Shown: piece by piece, positions 13,262 to 27,006 of the stretch
Layout of the letters: each line of letters starts with the position of its first letter
Position numbering within the stretch: the first letter of the stretch is position 1
Origin: Octopus vulgaris
Lineage: Eukaryota
Assembly (NCBI GenBank): GCA_951406725.2
Contig: OX597814.1
Coordinates: 77,004,001-77,068,000 of the forward strand
Length of the DNA: 64,000 nucleotides
Reading direction: 5' to 3'
The notes under the pieces: generated by a model
Databases searched by the model: none
What the model was told of the DNA's origin: nothing
What the model saw: only the letters and a program-made list of their open reading frames with translations
Translations under genes and position numbers: made by a program

Positions 13262-13324
13262 TTTTTTTTTATTTATGGACGATCAAAGTTGTGAAAAACA
13301 GGACAGTAGAGACATACATATATA

Positions 13325-13623
13325 TATGTTTGTGTGTGTGTGTGTGTGTGTGTGTTGTGTGGTGTTTGAGTGTATGTCGGTTTTTGTACCCCACCCCATT
13401 ATCGCTTGACAACTGATGTTCCTGAGTTTACGTCCCCGTAACTTAGCCGTTTGGCAAAACACGCAGGTAAAATAAGAATAATGCTTACAAAGAATAAATC
13501 TAGGGGTCGATTTCTTCGGCTAAAAGCGGTATCCAGCGTGGCCGCAGTTACATGACCGAAACAAGTAAAATAATAAAATACTATACTATTTTAACTCCGA
13601 GCAACGCCGGGTATCTCTTCTAG
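13325..13623 (+). mobile_element. SINE 3' half fused to a Helitron-type 3' terminus
   Basis: SINE 3' half ending gaccgaaacaagtaaaa, then about 25 bp, then the GC hairpin ccgagcaacgccgg and CTAG|T at 13620-13623. Confidence 0.7.
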
Positions 13624-13629
13624 TGAATG

Positions 13630-13667
<38 letters not shown>

Positions 13668-13739
13668 CGTGTATATTTAAATATACATATATATATCTAT
13701 ATATATATATATATGTATATATGCATATATATTTAAGTC

Positions 13740-14163
13740 CTTTTATTCTTTTATTCTTTTATTCTTTTACTTGTTTCAGTCATTGACTGCGGCCATGCTG
13801 GAGCACCGTCTTTAATCGAGCAAATCGACCCCGGGACTTATTCTTTTCTAAGCCCAGTACTTATTCTATCGGTCTCTTATGCCGAACCGCTAAGTGACGG
13901 GGACGTAAACACACCAGCATCGGTTGTCAAGCAATGCTAGGGGACAAACACAGACACACAAACATACACACGCATATATATATATATATATACATATATA
14001 CGACGGGCTTCTTTCAGTTTCCGTCTACCAAATCCACTCACAAGGCTTTGGTCGGCCCGAGGCAATAGTAGAAGACACTTGCCCAAGGTGCCACGCAGTG
14101 GGACTGAACCCAGGAACCATGTGGTTGGTAAACACGCTACTTACTACACAGCCATCCTGCGCC
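13740..14163 (-). mobile_element. Full-length tRNA-derived SINE with internal microsatellite
   Basis: Reverse complement begins GGCGCAGGATGGCTGTGTAG (A box) and GGGTTCAGTCCC (B box), followed by TTGGGCAAGTGTC, internal (TA)/(TG) and a (AATAAAAG)n tail. Confidence 0.9.
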
Positions 14164-14169
14164 TACAGT

Positions 14170-14244
14170 ATATATATATATATATATAGAAAAATATATA
14201 TATGTACATATATATGTATATGTATATATATATGTCTATATATT

Positions 14245-14287
<43 letters not shown>

Positions 14288-14534
14288 TTATACATATATA
14301 TATATGTATTTATATATGTATATATGTGTGTATATATACATATATATATATGCATATATACATATATATACATATATACATATATATATATATATATGGG
14401 TATATATCTATGTATATATATGCATATATATGTATATGTTTGTGTATATATATATATATATATATATGTTAAATATATGTATAAACATAGATATATATTT
14501 AGCTATATACATATATATATATATATACATATAC

Positions 14535-14581
<47 letters not shown>

Positions 14582-14584
14582 TAC

Positions 14585-14650
<66 letters not shown>
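14170..14650. repeat. Degenerate (TA)n microsatellite; similar tracts recur throughout the window
   Basis: Direct inspection. These tracts are the source of the YIYI ORFs. Confidence 0.97.
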
Positions 14651-14652
<2 letters not shown>

Positions 14653-14932
14653 AACCTTTACATAAATAAATAACGTGAAATACACGAAGGGACGAACAAA
14701 AATCAAACGGGTCATTCAAAGCCTTCATTCTTCAGTCAAGTTTATGAAAGAATGGAGTTGAACGACTTGTTAACACATTTCCTTTATTTTCGACATATGT
14801 TTCGAAAGCACGAAAGCACGTACTCTATGCCCTAGGGACGTAACTTCAACCGTGTTCTTTCTGATATGAATTTGCTACCCAGGTATCGGTTATCTTTCGA
14901 ATTATCCTTAATAAGATAATTCAACTACTCAA

Positions 14933-15053
<121 letters not shown>

Positions 15054-15764
15054 ATGTATATAGAAAAATACAAAAAATGTAACAAGAACGCAAAAGGCGG
15101 CAAGACATCCAGACAGATGATCCAAAAAGGGACAACAAAAAGCAAGGACGGGTCACTTGGATTTTCATTTTCGTCAGTGGAGTTCCAGATTATCCTTGCA
15201 GTTATACGCGATACTGCGCGTATCTGGCCTGCCCCAAGGAAAATCTAAGCTAAGAGCACTAGATTTCTTGGAAGGAAGCAGCGAATGTATACGAAAACAG
15301 GGACGGAAAAGAAACGCGGAAATGGTATACAAATACAAATGCAAACAACAGGACATTAACAACGGGTGTCTTTCGACTAAGGACGAATTAGATTAAGCTG
15401 GCGTGTGTGGAAGTGAAGCCTTACTGTAGGTATATAAGAGTTAACAGGCATGGGAGGAATATAGATGTTGCACGGATAGTGGTCGAATCAAGAAATAAAG
15501 GTCAGGCTTGGCCGAACACCGGTCACGTGTAGGGAGAGGGACAGAAGAATTAGGGAGGGACGAGAAAAAAGAAAAGGGACAGAGGTAAATGAAAGAGGAC
15601 GGAAGGTGAGAATGAAGAATAGGACAGGAAATGTGAGAGAGGGGAGCGAAAGAAAGAAAGAAAGAAAGAATAAAAGAATAAGAGAGTCGTACAAGATTTA
15701 TATATATATATAATTATATACATATAAGGGGTTTGTATGATTGTGTATAGAGAGATATATATAT

Positions 15765-16030
15765 TTCAAAGAAATTGCAACTCTGTCTGTTTTTTATGTT
15801 TTATTTATATTCTTTATAATATTAATGGGACCTTGAAGACTGCTATAATGCAAGAAAGTATACTCGTACCTTAATATTTTATAGTCAATATTTCATCTAT
15901 TCAATAAGATAATCAATACTTCATTTTATTTTACTATATATATATTATTTATACTTATATATTCTATATTCTACATTAATATTATAAAGAATATAGATAA
16001 AACAAAAAACAGAGTTGGAATTTCTTTGAA
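15765..16030. repeat. Fold-back inverted repeat with a hammerhead-like motif at the start of the loop
   Basis: Arms 15765-15827 and 15974-16030. Bases 15828-15870 read ggacc TTGAAGA c tgc tataat gca a GAAA GTATAC TC gtacc. Confidence 0.7.
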
Positions 16031-16441
16031 TCTATATATATAAAACTGAGAATGCGTGTTGGTCTGTCTGTCTGACTGTGTGAATCCCTAAAACTTGAGA
16101 ACTACACAACCAATTTCATCTAAATTTTACACATGCCTTACTTAGGGTCCATGTGGTGTCATGGGCAAAGCATTTTTAACTTCTTGCCTAGGGCGAGCCC
16201 ACAGCAATATCATATCTTCTCCACTATGTCAGTATTACGTGTCAAAAGTGAAACAAAAACATCTCTCTGAAACTATTAAAGTGAAACTATCATATAACAG
16301 GAATGAACTGTAACTGGACATCCATTATTCTAGAAGAAGATCCGCTATGGTCTCATATGCTACACTACTGGTTTTCAATTCATATTAATCAAATTAGTAT
16401 TCAGATTTTCACCATTATTATTTTAAATTTAAATTTACATG

Positions 16442-16479
<38 letters not shown>

Positions 16480-17127
16480 TGAAATGCGTTTCGACAGCTT
16501 GGATCGCTTTCAAGGCCACTACATCCCGTCGGATTGACTCCAAAATTTACATCACGTTCTTTAATGTATCTGTCTTCCTCAACTCACTCTCGCTATTTCT
16601 TCTCTTCCCAGCACTTTTTCACTCACTCTATTTCATACATTCCCATCACTTTCACTTCGTCAAACGGCCTTCTTTTATGTATCTATCTGCATTCATAGAG
16701 AGAATTACCATTGCCACCACCAACACACAATCATGACAACAAATATTATGAATCTCACCATCGCATTCTATTGTCTGCCTGACAACGCGCCGATCGAGCA
16801 AATACAGAACACACCAACGAGCGTTCGTGTTCTGGTGATAACGTAGGTTTTTTGTATCTATTACATTTTAACATTTATTTAGAACCCTGCAAATTTTTCG
16901 TGCTAAATTTTCATTTTTTACTACTTTATTATTTTTTCTTAAATTGATGCTTTTATTAAAATTAATTCTAATTGTCTGGGTCAACAGTTCGTTTCCTCGG
17001 AGGATATGGAAATTCCTATTACCCGTCAGAGAAACAACTCCAGCAGCTCACAACTATTTCAACAAAGACAAGGTTACCTGCTTACCAGTCGAATTCAGCG
17101 TCAACGCTCACTTATGAGAGACACTCC

Positions 17128-17225
<98 letters not shown>

Positions 17226-18411
17226 GTGTGCATTATGTGGTCGGTTGAAGTGAAAATATGCACACCTATGTTAAAAGTGGTAGAAAGTTTGCATGACAAC
17301 TATTTTTTTCCTCAAATGAAACGCGTGACTTCTAAGACAAAATTCCTCATCTTATAAAATGTGGCCCCAGTACACCCGAATGAAATCTGGTTATATTAAC
17401 CAAAATGTGAAAAGGGGTCTAAATGGGGCTGGAAGGGGATTAAAATTTAAAGGAGCGGGTGTTTAGCAATTCTCTGTTACATCAAGCTAAAAAATTTGCG
17501 CCAGCCTTTTAATCGTCAATGTGTTGCCGTCCATGATGAAGAAGTTTTGAATGCTTGCCATCGTGAGTCTACTGTCGTGAGAAAGAATCACTTCAAAACT
17601 TGGTGTTTAGGGATTTTCTTTTACATCAAGTTCAAAAATTTACGCCAGCCGTTAAACTATCAAAACGTTGCTGTCCGTCGTTAAGAAATGCCACCTATGG
17701 TGACTCTACTATCCTCACATTCTATCCATTCAAACTTTGGTTTCCAATATTTCATTATTTTTATTCAGCTCGCAAGTTCGTCTGTCCCTTTTAAATAATA
17801 GTGTTTTGCTGTCTGCCTTGAAGCAGACCTTTCCGTTGTAACTGCCTGATATTTATGATATTAAGTTGAGAAATATTTTATTTCTCAACTTACTCAAGAT
17901 ATTTTTTGTTTATAAATGGGAGAGAGATAGATAAAGATAGAGAGTAAGAGAAAGCGAGGGAGAGTCCGAGAGAAAAGAAGAGTAAGAGAGTGGGGAAAGT
18001 GAGAGAGAAAGGAGAGAGAAATAAAGAGGGAGAATCATCATCATCATCATCGTCGTTTAACGTCCGTTTTCCGTGCTAGCACGGGTTGGACAGATTGACC
18101 GGGGTCTGGGAAGCCAGGAGGCTGCACCAGGCTCCAGTCTGATCTGGCAGTGTTTCTACAGGTGGATGCCCTTCATAATGCCAACTACTGTGAGCGTAGT
18201 GGGTGCTTTTTCGTGCCGCCGGCACAGGTGCCAGAGGGGCTGGCAGCGGCCACGATCGGTTGGTGCTTTTTACGTGCCACCGGCACAGAAGCCAGTCAAG
18301 GCGACGTTGCAATCGGTCACGTTCGGATAGTGCTTTTTACGTGCTGAAATGAAGCAACATAAAGTAACAATCACACTCTTACCCGCGCGTAGAGCGGGTC
18401 ACCTTCAGCTA

Positions 18412-18412
<1 letters not shown>
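16031..18412 (+). mobile_element. Non-autonomous Helitron or two stacked Helitrons
   Basis: A|TCTATATATATAAAACTG 5' end at 16031. 3' hairpin ACCCGC-gcgtaga-GCGGGT (18381-18399), then CTAG|T at 18409-18412. A second Helitron-like start (atataaaactgaaatg) near 16471. Confidence 0.6.
18035..18345 (-). mobile_element. SINE/LINE 3' end with (GAT)n tail
   Basis: The plus strand starts (ATC)n followed by gtttaacgtccgttttcc...ggatgcccttc...gccaac, a retroposon-type 3' terminus read in reverse. Confidence 0.6.
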
Positions 18413-18456
<44 letters not shown>

Positions 18457-18473
18457 TGTATATCTATAGATAC

Positions 18474-18505
<32 letters not shown>

Positions 18506-18704
18506 GGATGTGTATATATATATATATGTTTATATATAGATGTATATGTATACATATATATATAGCTGTATATGTATACATATATGTGTAGATGTATATA
18601 TATAGATATACATGTAATATGTACACATGTATATACACATATATACATGCATACATATATACACCCATACAAACATACACCCACACACCCACACGCACAT
18701 ACAT

Positions 18705-18863
18705 AGGTGCAGGTGTGACTGTGTGGTAACAAAGTTCGTTCCAAAACACATGGTCCTGAGTTCAGTCCCACTGTGTGGTAACTTGGCATGTGTCTTCTGC
18801 TATAGCTTCAGACCAACCAAACCCTTGTCAGTGGACATTGTAGACAGAAACTGAAATTAATCA

Positions 18864-18932
<69 letters not shown>

Positions 18933-19140
18933 ATATATGTAAGTCTATGTGTGTCTTTGTGTTTCTCCCTCATCACTGCTTCTCAACTGGTGTTCGTTTA
19001 TTTACATCCCCATAACTTACTGGTTTCACAAGAAGAAACTGATAGAATAAGTACCAGGCTTATCAAAATAAAAAAAGGCACTAGGCAATGTCTCATATTT
19101 TTGTTTGCTCAGTCAGTTGTATCAATCAATTTATCTTTGT
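18705..19140 (+). mobile_element. Degenerate tRNA-derived SINE plus flank, one copy of the duplicated module
   Basis: ggtgcaggtgtgactgtgtggtaac...gagttcagtcccactg. Homologous to 53597-53750 plus 57057-57210. The 3' part is repeated at 21005-21260 and 61850-62115. Confidence 0.8.
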
Positions 19141-19171
19141 GTGTGTGTGAATATACATACATACATACATA

Positions 19172-19936
19172 TTGCCAGTTTAGCCAATAAAAACACACGC
19201 ACTATATATTTGGTGTTACTTTGCTTCAGCGTTATTTTTTTACATTAATCTTAATCTTATTTCGGCCAGAGTTCTTTCGTCACACTCCTGTGACCGCATC
19301 AGTGGTCCTTTGCTTTCTTCTTTCTTGTTTGTGTGTCTCTCCTTACTAACCGTCAGCCATTTTGTATTTCTATTGTATGTGTCTTCATTTGCGCATGCGT
19401 ATATCTCTATGTGCGTCTATGTTTAGTTAGTGTGTGTGTGAGGGGGATGCCTGTAATATTTGTATCGCTTGTTTATATACGTTCATGTAATTTGATTTTG
19501 TTTTTGTTTATTTTATTCTAGAGAGGGACGTAGGGGAAACGGCACAGAGCATAGGAGAGCGGGTAAAGGAATATTGGAGAGAACTTAAGGAAGAAAAGAG
19601 CTCATCGGTTCTGTACCAACACGCTGATCAGGAACACGGGGGCTCAATCAACAACATACAAGTTAAAATCTTGTTCACACATGGAACAGACGCACAATTA
19701 GACAAATTTCGGAAGCTACACACATAATAGAAGATAAACATAGCCTGAATAGGAAACTGGAATGGAACACTAGCACACACCACAACATATGACGGTAGAG
19801 GATCCCCATAAACTGGTTACAATATAAACAAAACTGAAAACATAATAAAATGAAATACACAGATAAATACACAAATGGAAGTAAATAACTATATACATAT
19901 TTTATTATTACTATTATTATTATTATACATATATAC

Positions 19937-20021
<85 letters not shown>

Positions 20022-20388
20022 GTGGGTGTAAACACATGAACTAAATAAAAAACAAAAACAAAAACAAATTACACGAACGTATATAAACAGGCGATACAAA
20101 TATTACAGGCATTTCCCCATACACACACACTAACTAAACATAGACGCACATAGAGATATAAGCATGCGCAAATGAAGACATACAAAATAAATACAAAATG
20201 GCTGACGGTTAGTAAGGAGAGACACAGAAATAAGAAAGAAGAAAGCAAAGGACCGCTGATGCGGTCACAGGAGTGTGACGAAAGAACTTTGGCCGAAATA
20301 AAATTAAGATTAATGTAAAATAAAATAACGCTGAAGCAAAGTAACACCAAATATATAGTGCGTGAGTTTTTATTGGCTAAACTGGCAA
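19172..20388 (+). mobile_element. 5'-truncated Penelope-like element: GIY-YIG endonuclease remnant flanked by about 340-bp inverted pseudo-LTRs, each with a hammerhead-like motif
   Basis: Inverted arms 19172-19514 and 20043-20388. Bases about 19530-19640 read VGETAQSIGERVKEYWRELKEEKSSSVLYQHADQEHGG (Y.GET...R..EH motif). Internal (AAT)n. Hammerhead-like motif CTGATGC-GGTCAC-aggagt-GTGAC-GAAA-GAAC-TY at 20253-20292 and its mirror at 19266-19305. Confidence 0.85.
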
Positions 20389-20466
20389 AATGACCATTCC
20401 TAAATACAACAATATCTGTTTCAACACACGATTTCACATAAAATATCTTGCAAAAGAAATATATGA

Positions 20467-20522
<56 letters not shown>

Positions 20523-20524
<2 letters not shown>

Positions 20525-20941
20525 CGCAGGAGTGGCTGTGTGGTAAGTAGCTTGCTAACCAGCCACATGGTTCAGGGTTCAGTCCCACTGCGTGGCATCT
20601 TGGGCAAGTGTCTTCTGCTAAAGCCCAGGGCCGACCAATGCCATGTGAGTGGATTTGGTAGACGGAAACTCAAAGAAGCCTCTCGTATATATGTATATAT
20701 ATATATATGTGTATGTGTATGTTTGTGTGTCTGTGTTTGTCCCCCTAGCATTGCTTGACAACAGATGCTGGTGTGTTTATGCTCCCGTTACTTAGCTGTT
20801 CGGCAAAAGAGACCGATAGAACAAGTACTGGGCTTACAAAGAATAAGTCACGGGGTCGATTTGGTCGACTAAAGGCGGTGCTCCAGCATGGCCGCAGTCA
20901 AAATGACTGAAACAAATAAAAGAGAGAGAGAGAGTAAAAGA

Positions 20942-20943
<2 letters not shown>
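20523..20943 (+). mobile_element. Full-length tRNA-derived SINE with internal microsatellite
   Basis: GGCGCAGGAGTGGCTGTGTGG (A box), GGGTTCAGTCCC (B box), TTGGGCAAGTGTC, internal (TA)/(TG), tail AGAGTAAAAGAGT. Inserted in (TA)n. Confidence 0.92.
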
Positions 20944-21004
<61 letters not shown>

Positions 21005-21285
21005 TGGATTTTGTAGACAGGAACTGAAAAAAAATCAATCGTATATATATATGTATATATGTATGTGTATGTGTGTGTCTTTGTCTGTGTGTTTCGCCGT
21101 CATCACTGCTTCACAACTGCTGTTCATTTATCTACATCCCTAAAACTTACTGGTTTCACAAGAATAAACTAATAGAATAAGTACCAGGCTTATCAACATA
21201 AAAAACACTATCTGTCTCATATTTTAGTTTGGCCACTCAGTTGTATCTATCAATTTATCTTTGTATGCGCGTGTGTGTGTATCTA

Positions 21286-21398
<113 letters not shown>

Positions 21399-21409
21399 AT
21401 GTATATATA

Positions 21410-22719
21410 ACACCCTAAAGGAGGCCTTAACTCCCAAATGTTAGTCATTTCTTTTATGATCCAAAGCTAGGTCAAAAGTACTCAATGGAAATTTATGAAA
21501 TTTGGAAATTATATTCTATATATAAGGGCCATAACTCCCATGACAATTCATATATTTTTGCTGTTGATGAAATTTTAACCATAGATATTAGACACAAATT
21601 AAGTAATATTTATAAAATTTCATCTTCTTACAAGATAGAAAGTCCCCTTTATAGGGAGTTAATGCCCACAATTTAGTCATCTTATCTAAGCAAAGACGAA
21701 TACAGTTGCACTCGTGGAAGCTGTAGGGTCACCCGAGCATAAAAGATGAGCATTATTTGTAATTCAATGGTACAACAGTGTAACAGTTTGCTTTGACATA
21801 CACTTACATTGTGATTTCTGCAGTGTGCTACATAAATTGTCAAGTAAATGAGAGGCATCTTTGCTTCCACTGATTCATTGCAAAGTTTTGAGTAAAGTTA
21901 TGTGATTGCAGATCTCCTTTCAGTCTTTTTATTATCACTGGGTCACACATAGTCCTCAGATGGTAACATTGATTTCAAGGCCTTCCCAGATGAGTGACTG
22001 GTTATTCAAAGACATTTATAGATTGTAAATTTATTCTGTCCTGTTACGTATCAGTATAGTGGTCATTTGCAAACTCCAACTTTCATTTCTCCTTAGCCCT
22101 CACGTCACACAGTTGTTAATGTTTATTTCAGTTGGGTCACGCCCTTCCAACTGCTATAGATTCGTAATGCATTTTACAGCTGTGCCTGTCACCAGGATGG
22201 TGAGGAATACTACATTGGGAGTGATAACGACTAGGGTACTGTAGCTGACTGCTTATTGTGACCATTCGTCTTTTGGTTTCCTGTAGCTTTCCTCTCTTTT
22301 ACAAACCCAATGAACATATATTTCCTATTTCAAAGAAATTCAAACAATAGATATAAGACCCAAGTTAAAAAGATTCTCAACAATTCAACTTCTCTGCTTG
22401 ACATTAAGATGCCCACCCCTAATAGGGGCGTTAACTCTCACATTTTAGAACTCCAATACATCTATTTTTCAGGAGCAAAATCCTTTTAACAGGTTCTATA
22501 AGACTGGAATTTTGGAATATGTGCATAAAAATCAGTAGTATGGGATACATGTGGCACGATTACAATTTTGTTTGGGTGTGTTAAACAGGGAAATAACCCT
22601 CATCTGCAATTTTGATGAAATTCGAAACTTAGATATTCCAGTTCTTTACAGAAAATATAACAGAAATGTCTAATTCTTCAATTGCATGTAACTCGGGCAA
22701 CGCCAGGTATCTCTGCTAG
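21410..22719 (+). mobile_element. Non-autonomous Helitron, 5'-truncated copy of 62270-63942
   Basis: Colinear, highly similar match to 62640-63942. Ends with ctcgggcaacgccagg...CTAG|T at 22716-22719. Confidence 0.85.
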
Positions 22720-22833
22720 TAATATATAAATATATATATACATATATATATATATATACGTATATATATTCATATATATATATGTATATATATATACATA
22801 TACATATATATATATATACATATATATATAAAC

Positions 22834-22874
<41 letters not shown>

Positions 22875-22980
22875 TATATATATATAAAAAAACATAAAAA
22901 TAAACAATTTTTTGACGGTTTTATATATATTTCAAAATTATGATGCTATGATGTTAAGTGTTTCCCTTCTTTTCTCTATC

Positions 22981-23052
<72 letters not shown>

Positions 23053-23119
23053 CGCACACACACGTATTTGTATGTGTATGTGTATATGCGTATGTATATA
23101 CACACTCACTCTGTATATA

Positions 23120-24240
23120 CATTAATCCCTATATACGTTTTTTCCACACACTACTCACAGGAGGGCCGTGGAAGTAGAGTATGCCGGCACCTACTCAATA
23201 GGATTCCATCACAAGTAACCTCCATAAAACTTTCCGGTTGTATTCCCAACCGTAGCCAACAATCTCGTTTTCTTCTGACTGACACCTCTTCTATTCATAA
23301 GCGTTGGGTAGAACATTTTTCCGCACTTTTCAATAGACGGCATCCGTTGTTGTTTGTAACCCCACTAAAATTTTTGTTAAGGGAAAGTTACTTGAGCTTG
23401 TCGATTCGTTCGTCTGCCTTGGAAGCTCTATTCAAAATGATGGAAATTTTGATACAGAAATACAGCTGCGAATTCAAAGAGCAGCAAAAGTTGACATGAG
23501 GATGATATAAAAAAATTGAACACCTTCCAGTTATAGAAGAGATGGCATTTGAAGCATCTGTAAATGACATTTCTTTAGCTGTGAATAAGCTGAATAACAA
23601 TAAATCTCCAGGGTCTGATGGAATCTGTGCAGAAGTCTAGAAATATGGGGGTGACAAAATGTTTGAACTCTTAAATATATTAATTTGTCACTGTTCGAGA
23701 ACTGAGAAAGTGCCTCAAGATTGGATTGATGCCGTTTTAGCCTCCTTGTATAAATCAGGGCCTAAGGATCTGTGTAGTAATTTTCGTGGGATTTCACTTT
23801 TCTCTGTGGTTGGAACGGTACTTACCCGCGTTTTGTTAGAACGTTTAAATACCTTCATAGTTTCAAATATAGTGTTTAAGTCTCAGTGTGGTTTTCGTTT
23901 CTCCAGGGACACAGCTGATTGTATCTTTACTGTCAGACAAATACAAGAAAAGTGCATCAAACAGAATCTTGCTCTATACCATTGCTTTGTTGATTTGAGC
24001 AAAGCATTCGATACTGTTAATCGAAATACTCTGTAGATAATTCTGAGGAAAATATGTTGCCCAGAAAAATTTGTAAACATGATCAGGGATTTGCATCAAG
24101 ATATGAAAACTAGAGTTAACTTCGGCCCTCTGAATCTTTTGCTGTGGAAAATAGAGTAAAGCAAGGAAACCTTTAAGCACCCACCCTCCTTGCAATATAT
24201 TTTGCGGTTGTTCTTGTTTTAACCCTACATCTTCTGCCAG
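23120..24240 (+). mobile_element. Decayed RTE-clade LINE, RT N-terminal part
   Basis: KRWVEHFSALFNR, NNKSPGSDGI, VPQDWIDA, NFRGISL, QCGFR..RDTAD.IFTVRQIQEKC, FVDLSKAFDTVNR. Confidence 0.9.
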
Positions 24241-24662
24241 TTGCCTCGGTCTCACCAATCCGTCTTGCGATTATTTCATGTTAAATTCTAATCACATACC
24301 TGCAGTAGCATAACTGTGGTCTCTCAATGTGCACAAATAGCAACTCGACCTAGAAAGAGTATCTGATCTTCGATTTATGCACCCTATCGAGTAATATTAA
24401 TCCAGAGAGTTTTCGTAGGAAACTCCATTTTAACGACTTGCAATCAGGATTATAATCTTTCTATCATTACTCAACATACATAACCATAGGTGTTGAAAGC
24501 GTGGAAACCAAATTACAGATGGTGAGTTTGGTTTTTTTCCTCAATGATGTCTCTTTTAAGGATCAAATAATGGAGCTGTCGCATTACTGTGCCAACACCT
24601 GCAACTTCACTCTGCAGTTCTGCTTCCTGATTGCCATCGCTCGTGAATACGGCTGCGTGATA

Positions 24663-25636
24663 CTTAAACCACTTCACCTATCTCTTCAGCACTTATTCTT
24701 TCTTTAAATATTATTGAAAAATTTCTTGATTTTCTTGAAGATCACACAAATACAGTTGGTGTTTTCTTTTATATAATTCAATGAGTTAGTGGGAATTGTA
24801 TGATGTTATTTACTGTAGATTTTCAACCAGCTGAAGTGTCTGCAAGCATGTTAATTATATTGAGATTATGACTTTCCCTAGACACAACAGAACTTAATAT
24901 AAAACATATTCAACAAACGGGAGTAAAATTTTCACAAGCTCCTTGTGTTTACGTACGTTTGATTGTGCAATATTCTCTTAACATCTGTGAATACGAAATG
25001 AAATGCTTTATTGAATATGACAGGAAATGTACTGGAAATATTGTTTTCCAAGGTTGAATTATATTTGACCTTAGTCTAGAGATCCTGTATGAGTCACAAA
25101 CTATTTCGATTTCAGTTGCTGAGAGACACTAATTTTGAACTAAGTAATACTTATGTTAAACAATTGAAGCTAGAAATGAAATTTTGTACATGGATATTTT
25201 TTGTTTTTGTTTTGTTTTACTTAAACTACTCCACCTGCCTCTTCAGCACTTATTCTTTCTTTAAATATTATTGAAAAATTTCTTGGTTTCTTTTGAATGT
25301 CACACAATTATAATTGCTATTTCTTTATAAGTTTATATATGATTCAATGAGGCATTGGGAAGTATATGATACTATTTATAGTTGATCCACGAGAATTAAA
25401 TCAACTAGGTTCTCAAGTATGTTTTATTAAGAAGGGAAACTATTGTAAAGTATTTTCAAGAAAAGGGAATAAAATATTCACAAGCTGTTTATGTCCACAT
25501 AGGTTTGATTGCGCAGTTTTCTCCCAACTTTTGCAAATATGAAATGAAATGCTTTATTGAATATGACATGAAATCTACTGGAAATATTGTTTTTCAAGGT
25601 TGAATTATATTTGACCTTAGTCAAGAGATCCTGTAT
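24663..25636. repeat. Tandem duplication of a roughly 420-bp AT-rich module (24663-25090, 25221-25636), third copy at about 34745-35130
   Basis: Shared blocks ctcttcagcacttattctttctttaaatattattgaaaaatttcttg and gaaatgaaatgctttattgaatatgaca..ggaaatattg..caaggttgaattatatttgaccttagtc. Confidence 0.8.
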
Positions 25637-26384
25637 AAATATTTTCGTATGGTTCTTCACTAATCAATTATTATACTAAGCAAACGATTTCGGTATGAAA
25701 TTTTGCTTCCTGAAAAGAATTTTTCGAGGAAATAATTTAGAAATAATTTAGGACAACTTACACCGACTACGTCCAACCTATTATACCAATCATACTAATA
25801 TAAACCTTATCATATTAATATAAAGCTTTATAAATCTGCTACATCGACATAGACCACTACTAATCGAATCTAGAACGCCAATAGACACTACACTACCATA
25901 GCAAAACAATCTACTAAGTAACCATACTAGCATCAACCAACTCTATTCTTCTATATAAATACAGACAACCATCAGATTACCATTTAAAAATAGATCATAA
26001 CCATCTTCTCAACTATTTAAAATAAATCACCAATAATCTCAACTTTGAGAAAATTCAATGGGCGAGAGTGGCTACACCTCAACGTATGTGAGATCGAGAA
26101 TCTCGTATGGGGTGACCGGATGGACGGAACGGTCATTATCTTTGGTCAGTCATTAAATAAGTCTACCTGATTCAAGCATCATGTGATGCGGTCTCTATCA
26201 ATAGCGACGTAAAACACGATGGTTACGAAGGAAATTATGAGATGTCAATGCAGCCAACACATACTGACGTATTTGAAGTCGAATGTTTATACGATTATTA
26301 TATGACCACTGGCTGCATATAGGACCGAATGCTGGCCATTGACAAATGCCAACTTGTCGTATGTCTGTATGTTTACCTCTGCGT

Positions 26385-26479
<95 letters not shown>

Positions 26480-26961
26480 TATGTATAGTGATGGAAGCAT
26501 TATTAATACCAAAAGGTACTCTTTATATCCAACTGAACATGAATATCTTGTTAGAATAATTAATTTTAAATAAGCCTGTTGGGCTATTTACGACATCGTT
26601 ATTTGAAAAGATGCTTCATTGTAGCAGTGAGATCTGACTAGCATGTGGTGACTGGACACGTCCCACTGATGATTTCCAATAGAATGAAATCACAAGATAT
26701 GGGAATTCTGCCACTCATGACAGAAGATTCTTATCTGCTACGATCTATGTGTGTTCTTATATGCACCAGGCGCCTATATAAGAGGATCTGTCAAGGTTGA
26801 TATCACAGTCTTCAGTATTATAGAAAGACCTCCATGTTAAGTTGGATATAAAAATTACCTCTTGATATATGCATGCATACATACAAACACACACACGCAT
26901 CAACACACACACATACAAACACACACATACACACACACATATGCACACCCACATACACACC

Positions 26962-27002
<41 letters not shown>

Positions 27003-27006
<4 letters not shown>

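Noticed and set aside
20523-20600. tRNA genes at A/B-box sites
   Set aside because: These are SINE heads. No complete cloverleaf is seen and they continue into the SINE body.
24490-24521. Possible 32-nt micro-exon (AG|...ATG|GTGAGT) as an upstream exon of the chitin-binding gene
   Set aside because: Weak polypyrimidine tract and no recognisable peptide. It cannot be supported without RNA-seq.
24570-24620. HYCANTCNF resembling the end of an ShK toxin domain
   Set aside because: The terminal Cys and the upstream cysteines are missing, and the match is too short.
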